Source: an uncultured virus (IMG/VR IMGVR_UViG_3300032255_000165)
Lineage: Duplodnaviria; Heunggongvirae; Uroviricota; Caudoviricetes
IMG/VR virus record: IMGVR_UViG_3300032255_000165
Reading direction: 5' to 3' (one strand)
DNA: 20,000 bases
In this document: positions 1 to 9,338 of the stretch, piece after piece
Layout of the letters: each line of letters opens with the position of its first letter
How positions within the stretch are numbered: the stretch's first letter is position 1
Program-made: the position numbers and the translations under genes
The notes under the pieces: generated by a model
The model's input: the letters and a program-made list of their open reading frames with translations, nothing else
Told to the model about the DNA's origin: nothing
Databases searched by the model: none

Positions 1-473
1 AGGATTGCCCACACCGGTTTATCCAGACCGACGGCATAAATATCGTCGGCTAATTCAAAACAGCCGTGGACTTCCCCGCCCGGGGAATTGATGTGAAGAG
101 CGACGCCTTTAATGGATGTGTCTTCGTGAGCGGCAATCAGTTTTTCACGGATGCCGTCATAGCCGGTCATGCCGGATGACGGGTGCAGGCCATTTCTGGC
201 AACAAGGGTGCCTTCGACCGGGATGACGGCAATGCCGTCAATGACATCACAGATTTCAGCGACGCCACCCGCAGACATGTCGGACAGAACATGCCCAGAT
301 TGGGCATGACCAGACCCCGCCGCGAGGTCAATGTTTTCAAAATCAACAGCGCCCGTCATGTCAACGGTTACGCCCTGGCGCGCCGTCAGCACAGATAACA
401 GCGTGTGCGCTTTTTCAGGGGTGATCATCAGCGGACAACCGACCAGGCGGTTCCACAGGTTTTGATAACGCAT
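1..473 (-). CDS. S49 family prohead protease (lambda gpC-like), runs off the window edge
   Basis: Manual translation from ATG 473: MRYQNLWNRLVGCPLMITPEKA...GIAVIPVEGTLV...GMTGYDGI...LHINSPGGEVHGCFELAD...KPVWA; directly after portal; absent from the ORF track. Confidence 0.9.
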   Translation of the reverse strand, partial: MRYQNLWNRLVGCPLMITPEKAHTLLSVLTARQGVTVDMTGAVDFENIDLAAGSGHAQSGHVLSDMSAGGVAEICDVIDGIAVIPVEGTLVARNGLHPSSGMTGYDGIREKLIAAHEDTSIKGVALHINSPGGEVHGCFELADDIYAVGLDKPVWAI

Positions 474-513
474 GATTGGTTCCATTTTTAAATTATCGGT
501 GCAGATAGACAGA

Positions 514-2139
514 TTATTCGCCGGGGGCCGGTTGATCCGCCGGGGTTGTTTTTGTATCAGACCCGCTTTGACGGCTGGGGCTGGTGCGGCCCATGGCGGC
601 AAAATCCGGTTCTTTCAGTCCCAGTTCACGGCGACGGTCCTGTTCATAGCGTTGTTGTTCAAGGATATCTTCGAAATCCTGACCTTGTTCGTCTGCTTCC
701 TGTTGCAGGGTGGAAAGTCCGGCACCAATGCGTAAAAGTGCGGCTTGGGCTTCTTTGGTGGGATCAACCCACCCACGGGCCGGGCCGCGCCAACGGCATT
801 TGCTCCACGCGGCAGGTGCATCCCAAAATCCGGGTACACCGGAAGGCAATTCAATTTCACCGTTGTCGATGGCTTCTTCTAACCACAGGGTATAAATCGG
901 GGTGGCAAAACCGGTTGTGAAATGTAACCGCCGGGCGGTTAAAAATTTCCAGCTTTCGAGCAAGGAAGCCCGGGCGCTGGAATAATTTGTTTGTGACCAG
1001 TCTTGGGCAACCTGTTCGTAACTTTGGCCCAGACCGGCGGCAATATTGCGTAAAACAGCGCGTTCAAAATCGGCGAACCCGGCATTTGGACGACTGGCAG
1101 TTTGAAAATTCAGTTTTTCGCCGGGGAACAAAAACGGCAATTTCATACCGTCCAGCGTAAGATTTGAGGCTTCGTGATATTTCGAGCGCTGATCCTGATA
1201 ACTGTCACCCATCACCCCCAAGGCATCCGCGGTGACGTCATGGTCAAACGGGCTTTCGATAAAGGCGGCAAACACCGCGTTGGTCAGAGCAGCCTGTAAT
1301 TCCGTGCGTTCGTATTGATCGAGCATCTTGAATTTTTCAAGCACCGACGCCATCAAAGGTTTGCCGCGGGTTTGCCCGGCGCGGGCGGCTTCGAAGTGAT
1401 GCAAAACACGCAACCGGTTTTGTCCCGGCACGCGTTTTGGCACCCGGGTCCAGCGGTATTGTTCACGTCCGGCGAAGATTACATCAGAGGGATGACCATT
1501 GCGGATGTGAAAAGCCTGTGGTGCGCCGAAGCGGTTAATTTCAACACCGCCACGCAGGCGGTCGGTATCCGGTTTGCGGTTGGGGTTTGATAAACGGTCA
1601 GGATCGATGATTTGAATCGCGGTGGCGAATTTCGATCCACGATTTGGCAACCAGTGGGCAATACCCAGGCTTTCGCCTTCGACCATGTGGTGGCGGAAAG
1701 CAACACCCAACAAGCCCGATAAATTATTGCGTTCCGCCGCATCGATCAGATGGCGGGGATCATTGGCCCACGACCGAAATGACGCCTCTGTTTGTTTGGC
1801 CCAATCGGCGGATTCGGTGAAATTCCATCCCAATGCCCGCCAGTCAGGTCGGGCGGAAAGTTTAAAATCTCCGCCGATGGCTTGATCCACATGGCGCTGG
1901 ATCGCCCCCGCAGCCCAGCCATTATTGATGGTCATGTCGCGGGTACGGGCAACTAAATCATTGCGTTCCGGCAAAAAATCACGGTCCGCGGAATTCATGG
2001 ACGGTGACCAGCGCGCTAATTCTTGGGAATAGCGATCGGCACCACGGTGACTGGACGTGGCCGCCGCACGCATGGCGCCGCCCCGGTGATCAAACACCAT
2101 CGGCAGATTTGTTGTGGTCTGTGCGCGGGAACGGGTCAT
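514..2139 (-). CDS. Phage portal protein, lambda family
   Basis: 541 aa; RDMTINNGWAAGAI, GQTRGKP, NYSSARASLLE and WVDPTKE motifs. Confidence 0.95.
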   Translation of the reverse strand: MTRSRAQTTTNLPMVFDHRGGAMRAAATSSHRGADRYSQELARWSPSMNSADRDFLPERNDLVARTRDMTINNGWAAGAIQRHVDQAIGGDFKLSARPDWRALGWNFTESADWAKQTEASFRSWANDPRHLIDAAERNNLSGLLGVAFRHHMVEGESLGIAHWLPNRGSKFATAIQIIDPDRLSNPNRKPDTDRLRGGVEINRFGAPQAFHIRNGHPSDVIFAGREQYRWTRVPKRVPGQNRLRVLHHFEAARAGQTRGKPLMASVLEKFKMLDQYERTELQAALTNAVFAAFIESPFDHDVTADALGVMGDSYQDQRSKYHEASNLTLDGMKLPFLFPGEKLNFQTASRPNAGFADFERAVLRNIAAGLGQSYEQVAQDWSQTNYSSARASLLESWKFLTARRLHFTTGFATPIYTLWLEEAIDNGEIELPSGVPGFWDAPAAWSKCRWRGPARGWVDPTKEAQAALLRIGAGLSTLQQEADEQGQDFEDILEQQRYEQDRRRELGLKEPDFAAMGRTSPSRQSGSDTKTTPADQPAPGE

Positions 2140-2148
2140 GGAAAACCT

Positions 2149-2394
2149 TTAAAAAAATGGACGGCGGGCCTGGCGACGGGTGCCGGATACGTTTAATGAT
2201 TTTTGCAGTTCGGCGATGTAAGCGCGCAATTTAGGTTCGTCCGCGGGCGTAAACGCCACCGATTTTCCATCATGACCAGTCGCCGTTGCCGATTGGCCGA
2301 TCATCAATTTATGCAACGCCAACTGGGCATCGGATAACCGGGTCGTAAGCAAAGCGGTATCGACCGCCGCCGATGGCGTGGAAAAAGCAGACAT
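2149..2394 (-). CDS. gpW-like head-tail joining protein
   Basis: 81 aa between terminase and portal; ALHKLMIG...SVAFTPAD..LRAYIAEL. Confidence 0.85.
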   Translation of the reverse strand: MSAFSTPSAAVDTALLTTRLSDAQLALHKLMIGQSATATGHDGKSVAFTPADEPKLRAYIAELQKSLNVSGTRRQARRPFF

Positions 2395-2412
2395 TGAAAA
2401 TGGTCCTAAAAA

Positions 2413-4401
2413 TCAGGTGTTGTTAAGCCGGGCCAACCGTTCAAGAGCGGTTTCCGGTGTATTGCTGTCAGCGGTTCTGGTTTTGGATTTTTCAGGTTCT
2501 ATAACCGGATGATCATCCGTCAACACAGGTTGCCCCAACCACAACCGCGCCAGCCCGCCATCGATGTCATCAAAATCAAGACCGCGGTCGCGGGCTAGTT
2601 TTTCCCATGCCGCGTCGTCAAAAAAATCAAGTCCCCATTTGGCCGCGAGACCCATGTTGTATATCCGGCAATCGTGCCAATGGTTATGGCCGCGGGCAAC
2701 CCAGGTCTTGAGAATTTTGCCTTTTTTAGTCGGGGTTTCTTTAATGTATTCCGATGTTAATTGTTGGAAGTATTCCTTGGAATGTTGCGATGAAAAATGA
2801 CAAAAGCCCGGCGGATCCATTTCGGCGCCATCGCGAATGCCATCTTTGCGCAAATTTGAATATAATTCGCCTTTTAATGAATAGGTGCCAACACCGAATA
2901 TTTCGACGCCAAGTTTATCAGCCAGTGTTTTCTTGTGCCCGCGTCCGCGTTTTTTAGGCGCGATAATCGCCGGGGTGTTCCAGCCATCACGCCCATCAAT
3001 GGCGACGGCGCGCGGTTGGCGTGGACGGATCCAGTTATAAACCTGGTTCGATAAATAGCCTGTATCGACACCGAACAGATCAACCGGGCGGGTGTTGCCG
3101 TAAGCGTCTTGATAATGTTTTGAAAACAAATCGTCCAGTATAGCCCAGACTTGGTTTTTTTCGTCGGCTGGATCGCCTTCGATAAAATCGGCATCGATCG
3201 ACCATGTGCGTTTGCCAGGTCCGTAAGCTACAGTTTCGTAATAAATTCCGGTTTTTTGCACATCACACGCAGTGAACAAAACCAGACCACCGGGCGGAAT
3301 TTGACCGGATGTGTAGCTGGACCGGCGCGCGTAAAGGCGTTTCCATTCCGGTGCTTCGCCGCGTTCTTCCCAGGTTTCGCCAAGCCAGAGATTGACGAAA
3401 GCTTTCAGTTTTTGCGGGTCACCGTCAGCATTTATAAATTTTTCGGCAACTTTATCCCAGGTCGTCAGTAACGAAGTCAAGCTGTCGAGATGAAAGCTGG
3501 GGTGGCGACCGGGGCCGGGGTTAGTTGCGACCCAACGCCCGGCGCGGACCATCGCGGATTGTTCGTTGGGTGCGATTAAAACGCCACATTCAAAACAGGC
3601 ATAGCGGGCCTCATGCGGCCAGATTTTATTGAATTTTAAATTCTTAAATTCAAGGCGTTGTTCAAACCCGCAATGGGGGCACGGGCATTGCCAGTAACGT
3701 TGGTCACCTGCTTCGAAGGCATCATCAATGGCCGATGCGCCTTTGATAGTCGGTGTTGAACATTCGAATTTTTTATAGCCACCAGAACGATGAAACGCCA
3801 TTTGCCGGGCGTCAGCCATTTCCATGGGATCGCCTTGGCCGTCAAGGTCTTTGGGCCATTCGTCGATTTCATCACAGAACAGGTTTTTAACTGTTTTTGA
3901 ACGCAGGTCCGCGGCGGAATTGGCTCCGGTTAAAATCAACGAGCCGCCGCCGAAACGTTTATTCAAAGACGTCGAGCCACGGGTTGAGCGGCTAATCTGT
4001 TTAAAAACACTACGGCGCAGCGCCGGTGTCTGATCAATAGTCGGTTGCAGTTTTTCCCGGTTGAAGTCCTGAACCGCGTTGATGGTCGGAAAAACCACCA
4101 AAGACGTTGCCGGGTTAACGGCGATGATGGAACCGAGCCAGGCCACGCCCGCGCCTGTCATGCCCGTTTGTGCAGATTTTTTAACAGACACCCGGTTTGC
4201 TGGATGTTCGGGGTCGAGGCAATCGAGTATTTCAACCAGTTGCGGTGTCAGATCGGCGGACCATTTTTCACCAGCACGGGGACCGTCGGATACAATCAAA
4301 TCATTACTGGCCCACGCCGACGGGGTCACCATTGGTGGTGGCGCGATTGTGGCCGCCATCGTTGACAGCACCAGGGTTATGGTTGATTTTATGTTGTTCA
4401 T
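2413..4401 (-). CDS. Terminase large subunit, GpA family
   Basis: KSAQTGMT Walker A, LFCDEID Walker B, STPT, CPCPHC, CDVQ, HWHDC. Confidence 0.96.
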   Translation of the reverse strand: MNNIKSTITLVLSTMAATIAPPPMVTPSAWASNDLIVSDGPRAGEKWSADLTPQLVEILDCLDPEHPANRVSVKKSAQTGMTGAGVAWLGSIIAVNPATSLVVFPTINAVQDFNREKLQPTIDQTPALRRSVFKQISRSTRGSTSLNKRFGGGSLILTGANSAADLRSKTVKNLFCDEIDEWPKDLDGQGDPMEMADARQMAFHRSGGYKKFECSTPTIKGASAIDDAFEAGDQRYWQCPCPHCGFEQRLEFKNLKFNKIWPHEARYACFECGVLIAPNEQSAMVRAGRWVATNPGPGRHPSFHLDSLTSLLTTWDKVAEKFINADGDPQKLKAFVNLWLGETWEERGEAPEWKRLYARRSSYTSGQIPPGGLVLFTACDVQKTGIYYETVAYGPGKRTWSIDADFIEGDPADEKNQVWAILDDLFSKHYQDAYGNTRPVDLFGVDTGYLSNQVYNWIRPRQPRAVAIDGRDGWNTPAIIAPKKRGRGHKKTLADKLGVEIFGVGTYSLKGELYSNLRKDGIRDGAEMDPPGFCHFSSQHSKEYFQQLTSEYIKETPTKKGKILKTWVARGHNHWHDCRIYNMGLAAKWGLDFFDDAAWEKLARDRGLDFDDIDGGLARLWLGQPVLTDDHPVIEPEKSKTRTADSNTPETALERLARLNNT

Positions 4402-5000
4402 TCTGGTTTTGTTCCCAAATTATCAACAGCACCGGCAAGAACGTTTGAAATGTTTTCACGCAATGTCCGGGTTTTTTGACGCAGAATTTTTGGCGTTTTA
4501 GCAGGATCGGATCCGATGGAAATCAAATCATCACTCCAATTTGTGATGGCTTCCAAGGCTTGAACAATTTTTGTGGCACCATCGATCAGTCCTTCTTCGA
4601 CGCCGCGACGATCAAGCAGCTTGCCCTCTTTGACAGCCAGATCAATTTCAAGCAACCGGGCCTGGGCTAAATCTTTTTTGGCTTTGCCCGTAAGAACCGG
4701 CTGGGACATACCAGAATGATCACGGACGGTGATTGGTGAAACGTACAAAGCGGCATGTTGGTTTTTCTCATTTTCAAGGGCTTGTTTGTATTCGCTCATA
4801 CGAACGCGAACAAAGTTGCCATCACGAACCGGAAACAAAAGATTGTTTTCAGAAAGCCTTTTGACTTTTTTGGAAATTGTATTTCGGGAACAGCCCAGCT
4901 TGCGGGCAATATCAGAGAGTTTTAAAAACTCATCCTCACTGGGCGCACTGCCGCTGACACCAACACTTTCAAATGTGTTCATGTCACCTGCGAATGTCAC
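4398..5000 (-). CDS. Terminase small subunit (Nu1-like)
   Basis: N-terminal HTH; ARLLEIDLAVKEGKLL motif; ATGA overlap with large subunit; alternative start at ATG 4982. Confidence 0.8.
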   Translation of the reverse strand: MTFAGDMNTFESVGVSGSAPSEDEFLKLSDIARKLGCSRNTISKKVKRLSENNLLFPVRDGNFVRVRMSEYKQALENEKNQHAALYVSPITVRDHSGMSQPVLTGKAKKDLAQARLLEIDLAVKEGKLLDRRGVEEGLIDGATKIVQALEAITNWSDDLISIGSDPAKTPKILRQKTRTLRENISNVLAGAVDNLGTKPE

Positions 5001-5020
5001 CTGCGTAACTCCTTGTCACC
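4981..5020. repeat. ATGTCACCTGCG twice plus a third TGTCACC; candidate cosB-like sites
   Basis: Copies at 4981-4992, 4994-5005 and 5014-5020, next to the predicted cos; function is inferred. Confidence 0.55.
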
Positions 5021-5052
5021 CGGGTTTGAAAATCTAAAAAACTGGCGAACTA

Positions 5053-5097
5053 TCACGCCTCACAAAACCCGTAAGCAACGAACGCTGGGAAGGACCC
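5053..5097 (-). other. Predicted cos site (cosQ plus cosN)
   Basis: Minus strand GGGTCCT-N16-TTACG-GGTTTTGTGAGG-CGTGA parallels lambda GGGTCCT...TTACG-GGGCGGCGACCT-CGCGG; lies upstream of the small terminase. Confidence 0.7.
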
Positions 5098-5149
5098 TTT
5101 GCGCGTAACCAAGTCACCGAGGATGAGGATGATACAGAAAATTGCCAAT

Positions 5150-5184
5150 AAAAAACCCGCCAGCCGAATGCTCGGTGGCAGGTT
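5150..5184 (-). terminator. Intrinsic terminator after the late promoter
   Basis: AACCTGCCA-CCGA-GCAT-TCGG-C-TGGCGGGTT followed by a T run. Confidence 0.75.
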
Positions 5185-5210
5185 GTCGTACGCTTCCGTC
5201 ACTATAGCAA

Positions 5211-5252
5211 TTAATACCCTTAAACGTTTCCCGATGTCAACAAGCGTTTCCC
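5211..5252 (-). promoter_or_regulatory. Putative late promoter
   Basis: TTGACA at 5240-5235, TATTAA at 5216-5211; GGGAAACG direct repeat on both sides of the -35. Confidence 0.6.
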
Positions 5253-5269
5253 ATATTTTTTGCATTCCA

Positions 5270-5938
5270 TCATTTTATGTTTATTTTCATATAATTAAGT
5301 TTTTTATCATCAAATGTTTTAAAACAATCAAGCGCGAATCTAAGAGCCATTATTACATTTTCATAACGGCAACCATGTTTTTTTATTTGCCGCCGCAATG
5401 CGACACGTTCAACAATCAGATCCGTTAACACAACTGCTACTGATGTAAAATTATTATTCTGCTTACATGGTTTTAATGTCAGCAAATCAATTTTGTTTAT
5501 AGCTTTCAGCCATGGCTCCAAATATTCATGAATTAATCGGCCAACTGGTTCATCCGCCGCAAAAACTTGACGTTCATCACCAGACAAACGGACTAATCCA
5601 CCGCCGGAATTTTCCAAATCAACACACCCAGCCGATTCACGTCTGATTTTTTCATGCCAAAGAATGTCAATTTGTTCCAGCATCGTTTTTTGAGAATGAT
5701 CCAACGATGTTCCAGTGGTTAAGGCTTTGACCGGGTCGCGCCGCAACGAGCGTTGTTTTACAGTTTCCGGTGTTAAAACACTTTCAACCGCTTCAGCGGC
5801 TTTATCCATTCCTTCAAGGATTAAAACATTATGCAACCGCCGCACCACCGATTTTCCATGCGGAGTTTTTGCAGCTTCCGTTGCAATATCAGCAAAACAC
5901 TTAGCCGTTTTGGCCGTTGATCCTTGAACTTTTCGCAT
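5270..5938 (-). CDS. Probable late transcription regulator or antiterminator (DUF6456-like)
   Basis: AAGGA RBS; occupies the lambda Q position; C-terminal helical segment VLTDLIVERVAL...MALRFALD; family call tentative. Confidence 0.5.
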   Translation of the reverse strand: MRKVQGSTAKTAKCFADIATEAAKTPHGKSVVRRLHNVLILEGMDKAAEAVESVLTPETVKQRSLRRDPVKALTTGTSLDHSQKTMLEQIDILWHEKIRRESAGCVDLENSGGGLVRLSGDERQVFAADEPVGRLIHEYLEPWLKAINKIDLLTLKPCKQNNNFTSVAVVLTDLIVERVALRRQIKKHGCRYENVIMALRFALDCFKTFDDKKLNYMKINIK

Positions 5939-5952
5939 CAATATTTCCTTTC

Positions 5953-6183
5953 AGGATATTTAGGATATTCAGGACATTTCAAAACAGAGAATGTCCTGCC
6001 ATTTTTTCACTTATTATCAATCACTTATCTTGTTACAGGACCTTTAGGACATTAATGTTATCTATTCTTATATGTACTTGCGCGCACATGAGCCGGGTCA
6101 AACAAAGGTCCTAAATGTCCTATTGTCCTAAGTCATTGAAAAACAATGCTTATATTTAGGACCTTTCAGGACATTCAGGACAT
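5953..6183. repeat. Iteron cluster (AGGACAT-like, 12 copies); putative replication origin
   Basis: AT-rich region right after the helicase; copies in both orientations with 8-10 bp spacing within groups. Confidence 0.75.
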
Positions 6184-6193
6184 TTAAACGGAT

Positions 6194-7720
6194 TTATGAA
6201 CTTTGATCGGCCATATCGGCCCCCACCGGCACATCGTGAAGCTGAATATTTGTGTAATAAACCAACCCGCCAATTTTACCTTTTTCGACGCCCCGTTCCG
6301 GCAACACCCGCCCGAAAATATGCTTTGTCCATGGCTTTTCAGCATTTGCTGAACACCAATCCACATAAGCCGAATACATCGACGCCGCCTGAACATCGAC
6401 ACCATCGCATTTGCGAATGCAATCCGTGATAAATCGCCCGACCGGGTCTGAATCCGTACGATATTCATCCGTCGCCGCGCGCACGATATCCGGCACGATC
6501 AAGCCTTTTTCAAGCCATATCCGCACCCCGTCGAGCATCCAGTTCAAAACCCCGGATCGTTCCCGCCATAACTTTTCTGGCAAATCTCTGTCCTGTTGAT
6601 GGTCAGGTATATTTATTTCCCATGGTACCAGCAAAAACCGTCGCCAAATCCCCAAATCCTGCCCCCGGATGGATGGCTTGTGATTGCCGGATAACGTTAG
6701 TTTGAATTGCGGTACAAAATCAAAAAAACCATGGTTTAAATGGCGAACGGTAATTTCTTCACCACCGGTAATCGCCTTGATAGTTGCTTCGGCAAACCTT
6801 GACCCTTTTTCCGGTTCGCTGGCCCGCACCATCCGCGCCCCGGGCAACCGCGCCAGATCAGGCGTCGCTTCGGCTCCGCGTTTGCGATCATCGCGCAACA
6901 ATGATGCAAATGGCAACGTCACCGCGTACGGCCCCATCATCTTCGCAATAAGGTCTATGAAAACCGACTTTCCATTACCGCCTTCGCCATAATGAAAAAC
7001 CAGTTTTTGTTCATTGGTCACCCCGGTCAGGCAATACCCCGTCCACACCTGTAAAAATGCACGGATTTTTTCATCTGGCTGGACTTCTTTTAAAAACCTT
7101 AAAAACGTCGGACAATCCGCGTTGGCTTCAAAATCAACATCCAGTATTTTTGCCAGCCGATCTTCCCGTGCCTGTTTTAACAGTTGATCACAAGGCCCTT
7201 CCATCCGTAGCGTGCCGTTTGCCACATTTAACAATAACGGATTTTCATCCATCATTTCCGGCCCGACAGAAATATACGGCGCTGCCTCGGTCACCATCGC
7301 ATCCAGCTTTGATCTGTTGCCCGACGCCGTTGACCACTTGAATAAATCTTCCAGTTTTTTTTCCCAATCCGGGCGCGGGATATCGTCCGGACGGCCATTT
7401 TTTTGCAACGCCGCCACTTCTTCCAATATAGACCGCGCCGTTTCATGGGCGCGTTTTTTAACGATTTCATCGCCGCCAATCGGACTCCACCGCCGCCCGG
7501 ACCAATGATGCCATCCGACTTCACGCACATGTAATAAATCTTGGCCGTGGCGCGCTAAAAACCGTTCTGCATTGCCGATGTCGTTGCGTTCTTTATAAGC
7601 CAAATTGACATTTATTTCCCCGCCGCCACCGCCGGGCCAGCGAACCATTTCCGCGCCACCAATAGCCTGTTGAATGGCATTTTCACCAATTTCAGCCTGA
7701 TTTTCGTTGATACCATTCAT
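6194..7720 (-). CDS. P4-family primase/helicase (D5-like SF3 helicase part)
   Basis: NDIGNAERF, LLNVANG, GEGGNGKS Walker A, IKAITGG, GIWRR. Confidence 0.93.
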   Translation of the reverse strand: MNGINENQAEIGENAIQQAIGGAEMVRWPGGGGGEINVNLAYKERNDIGNAERFLARHGQDLLHVREVGWHHWSGRRWSPIGGDEIVKKRAHETARSILEEVAALQKNGRPDDIPRPDWEKKLEDLFKWSTASGNRSKLDAMVTEAAPYISVGPEMMDENPLLLNVANGTLRMEGPCDQLLKQAREDRLAKILDVDFEANADCPTFLRFLKEVQPDEKIRAFLQVWTGYCLTGVTNEQKLVFHYGEGGNGKSVFIDLIAKMMGPYAVTLPFASLLRDDRKRGAEATPDLARLPGARMVRASEPEKGSRFAEATIKAITGGEEITVRHLNHGFFDFVPQFKLTLSGNHKPSIRGQDLGIWRRFLLVPWEINIPDHQQDRDLPEKLWRERSGVLNWMLDGVRIWLEKGLIVPDIVRAATDEYRTDSDPVGRFITDCIRKCDGVDVQAASMYSAYVDWCSANAEKPWTKHIFGRVLPERGVEKGKIGGLVYYTNIQLHDVPVGADMADQSS

Positions 7721-8718
7721 GCCACTTTCCCAACCTGATTATCTAACATGTCATTAAAATCCATCCCCGTCGGGGGCCGTGCCACCCGCACCTGACAACC
7801 CCGCGCCGCATGAAAAGAAAATGCCTTTTCAAGATTTTTTTCGAGCGCTGCCTGATCGCCATCGCCGTCAACGCACAGGATTAAATCCTTGACTACCGGC
7901 GGCAATTCGATAGCCGCCATGTTGCCAAGGCTTCCCGCCACCCAAACCGGCAAGCCTGTAACCATCCGCACCGACAACGCCGTTTCTATCCCTTCGGCGA
8001 CACCTAACGTCGATGCCGCATGACAAAGCCGAACGCCACCGCCCCACACCACCCCGGCCATTTTTTTGGCGCTGGCGACCAAAGCCTTGCCCGATCCATC
8101 ATGCTGTAAAAATGTCCGGTGAATACCACACATCTTTCGTTTGCCGTCTTGCACGGCGGCCACCATCGCCGGGAACATCAACCCGGTATCTGCATGGCGC
8201 AACCCTGGATGAAAACGGATTGATGGCGGGATGCCACCCGGCAACCGCGCAACATCGATGCCGCGGCTTGATAAATATTTATCGATCAGCGTCCCGGATG
8301 CGGGGCGGCACTCACTCCAAACCCGCCGCGCCCATTGAATGCGATTTTGTTTTTCCTGTTTCAGGTCCTGTTGCAAAGGCCGCGCAATCGGTTTGGCCTT
8401 TGGCCGAACCCGGCCTGCATGATCAGGCTGCAAACCGGCACGGACGGCCAATTCTTCAACGGCCTCGACAAACGTTAAACCGCCTCGGTCTTTGATCCAG
8501 TCAATGGCGTCACCATGCCAGCTACAACCAAAACAATGGGCAAATCCCTTTTCTTCCGATACTGAAAAACTAGGCGTTTTTTCCGCGTGAAACGGACAAC
8601 ACCCCCAAAACTCACGGCCTTTGCGTTTTAAGGCAACGTCCCCGCCGATCAACTCCACCAAAGACGTACGGGCGCGCACATCATCCAGAAACCGGGCATC
8701 AAACTGCATTTTTGTCAT
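7717..8718 (-). CDS. DNA primase: CHC2 zinc finger plus Toprim domain
   Basis: CCPFHAEKTPSF...HCFGC; VAEGIETALS; DGD; DFND; start placed at ATG 8718. Confidence 0.9.
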   Translation of the reverse strand: MTKMQFDARFLDDVRARTSLVELIGGDVALKRKGREFWGCCPFHAEKTPSFSVSEEKGFAHCFGCSWHGDAIDWIKDRGGLTFVEAVEELAVRAGLQPDHAGRVRPKAKPIARPLQQDLKQEKQNRIQWARRVWSECRPASGTLIDKYLSSRGIDVARLPGGIPPSIRFHPGLRHADTGLMFPAMVAAVQDGKRKMCGIHRTFLQHDGSGKALVASAKKMAGVVWGGGVRLCHAASTLGVAEGIETALSVRMVTGLPVWVAGSLGNMAAIELPPVVKDLILCVDGDGDQAALEKNLEKAFSFHAARGCQVRVARPPTGMDFNDMLDNQVGKVA

Positions 8719-9338
8719 GCTGCCACCGCCCCACCAAAGCAAGAATTTATGTGCAAATTACTATTTTTGAGTCTATAATCCTTTGCTTTCAGAAATTTTC
8801 CATAAATACAAAGGAACTTCACATGCAAATTCCATCCGAAGCCACCATTACTAATTTTACCGAAGCCGAACCGGGCGACTTGCTTGTTTACAAACCGAAT
8901 GATCAAGGCCCCTTGATGTATGGAATCCGCGCAATTCTTCAAAGGGAAAAACCGCAATCGCCATCGCCATATATTATCCAATTGAACAACTTGGCCCAAA
9001 ATGGTCACAGCAAACCGTGTGTTTTTGATAATTTGCAAAATCCACTTACAGTTTTCAGCCTTGGGAAAAACTGGTTTTTTGACGTGAATATTAACGACAC
9101 CGAACCCGGTTTTGTTTCCGGAAATAACGACGTCTTGATTCGCAGAGACAATATTTATTTCATTCATCTGGTTGGGGAGAGGTATTTCAATACCAATAAT
9201 GGTGATCTTGTTGATTCTCTTAATAATAATGCTGGAAAACTGTTTTGGTGCACTTTCACCATCAAACTTCGCCAACCCGATGGGGCCGACCCGGTTGTTA
9301 TTTTTACCTACCCTGAAACGGTCTGATTTTTCCATCAT
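8715..9338 (-). other. Antisense bridge ORF (207 aa) linking methyltransferase and primase
   Basis: ATGA overlaps at both ends; in register with the plus-strand moron; translation unproven. Confidence 0.35.
8823..9326 (+). CDS. AT-rich hypothetical protein, counter-oriented moron (167 aa)
   Basis: AAGGA RBS before ATG 8823; TATAAT at 8774-8779; globular-looking sequence. Confidence 0.7.
   Translation: MQIPSEATITNFTEAEPGDLLVYKPNDQGPLMYGIRAILQREKPQSPSPYIIQLNNLAQNGHSKPCVFDNLQNPLTVFSLGKNWFFDVNINDTEPGFVSGNNDVLIRRDNIYFIHLVGERYFNTNNGDLVDSLNNNAGKLFWCTFTIKLRQPDGADPVVIFTYPETV

Noticed and set aside
183..4670. Many plus-strand ORFs opposite the head and terminase genes
   Set aside because: Short shadow frames of well-supported minus-strand genes, with no recognisable motifs
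5187..5192. Single CGTACG in the late leader
   Set aside because: Lone half-site with no partner at N7; could be chance
5053..5265. 70-aa minus ORF with a hydrophobic stretch (possible holin)
   Set aside because: Fully overlaps the promoter, terminator and cos; hydrophobicity comes from T-rich terminator sequence
5953..6183. Possible CRISPR or mini-array
   Set aside because: Repeats are only 7 nt, in mixed orientation, without spacer-sized intervals or cas genes
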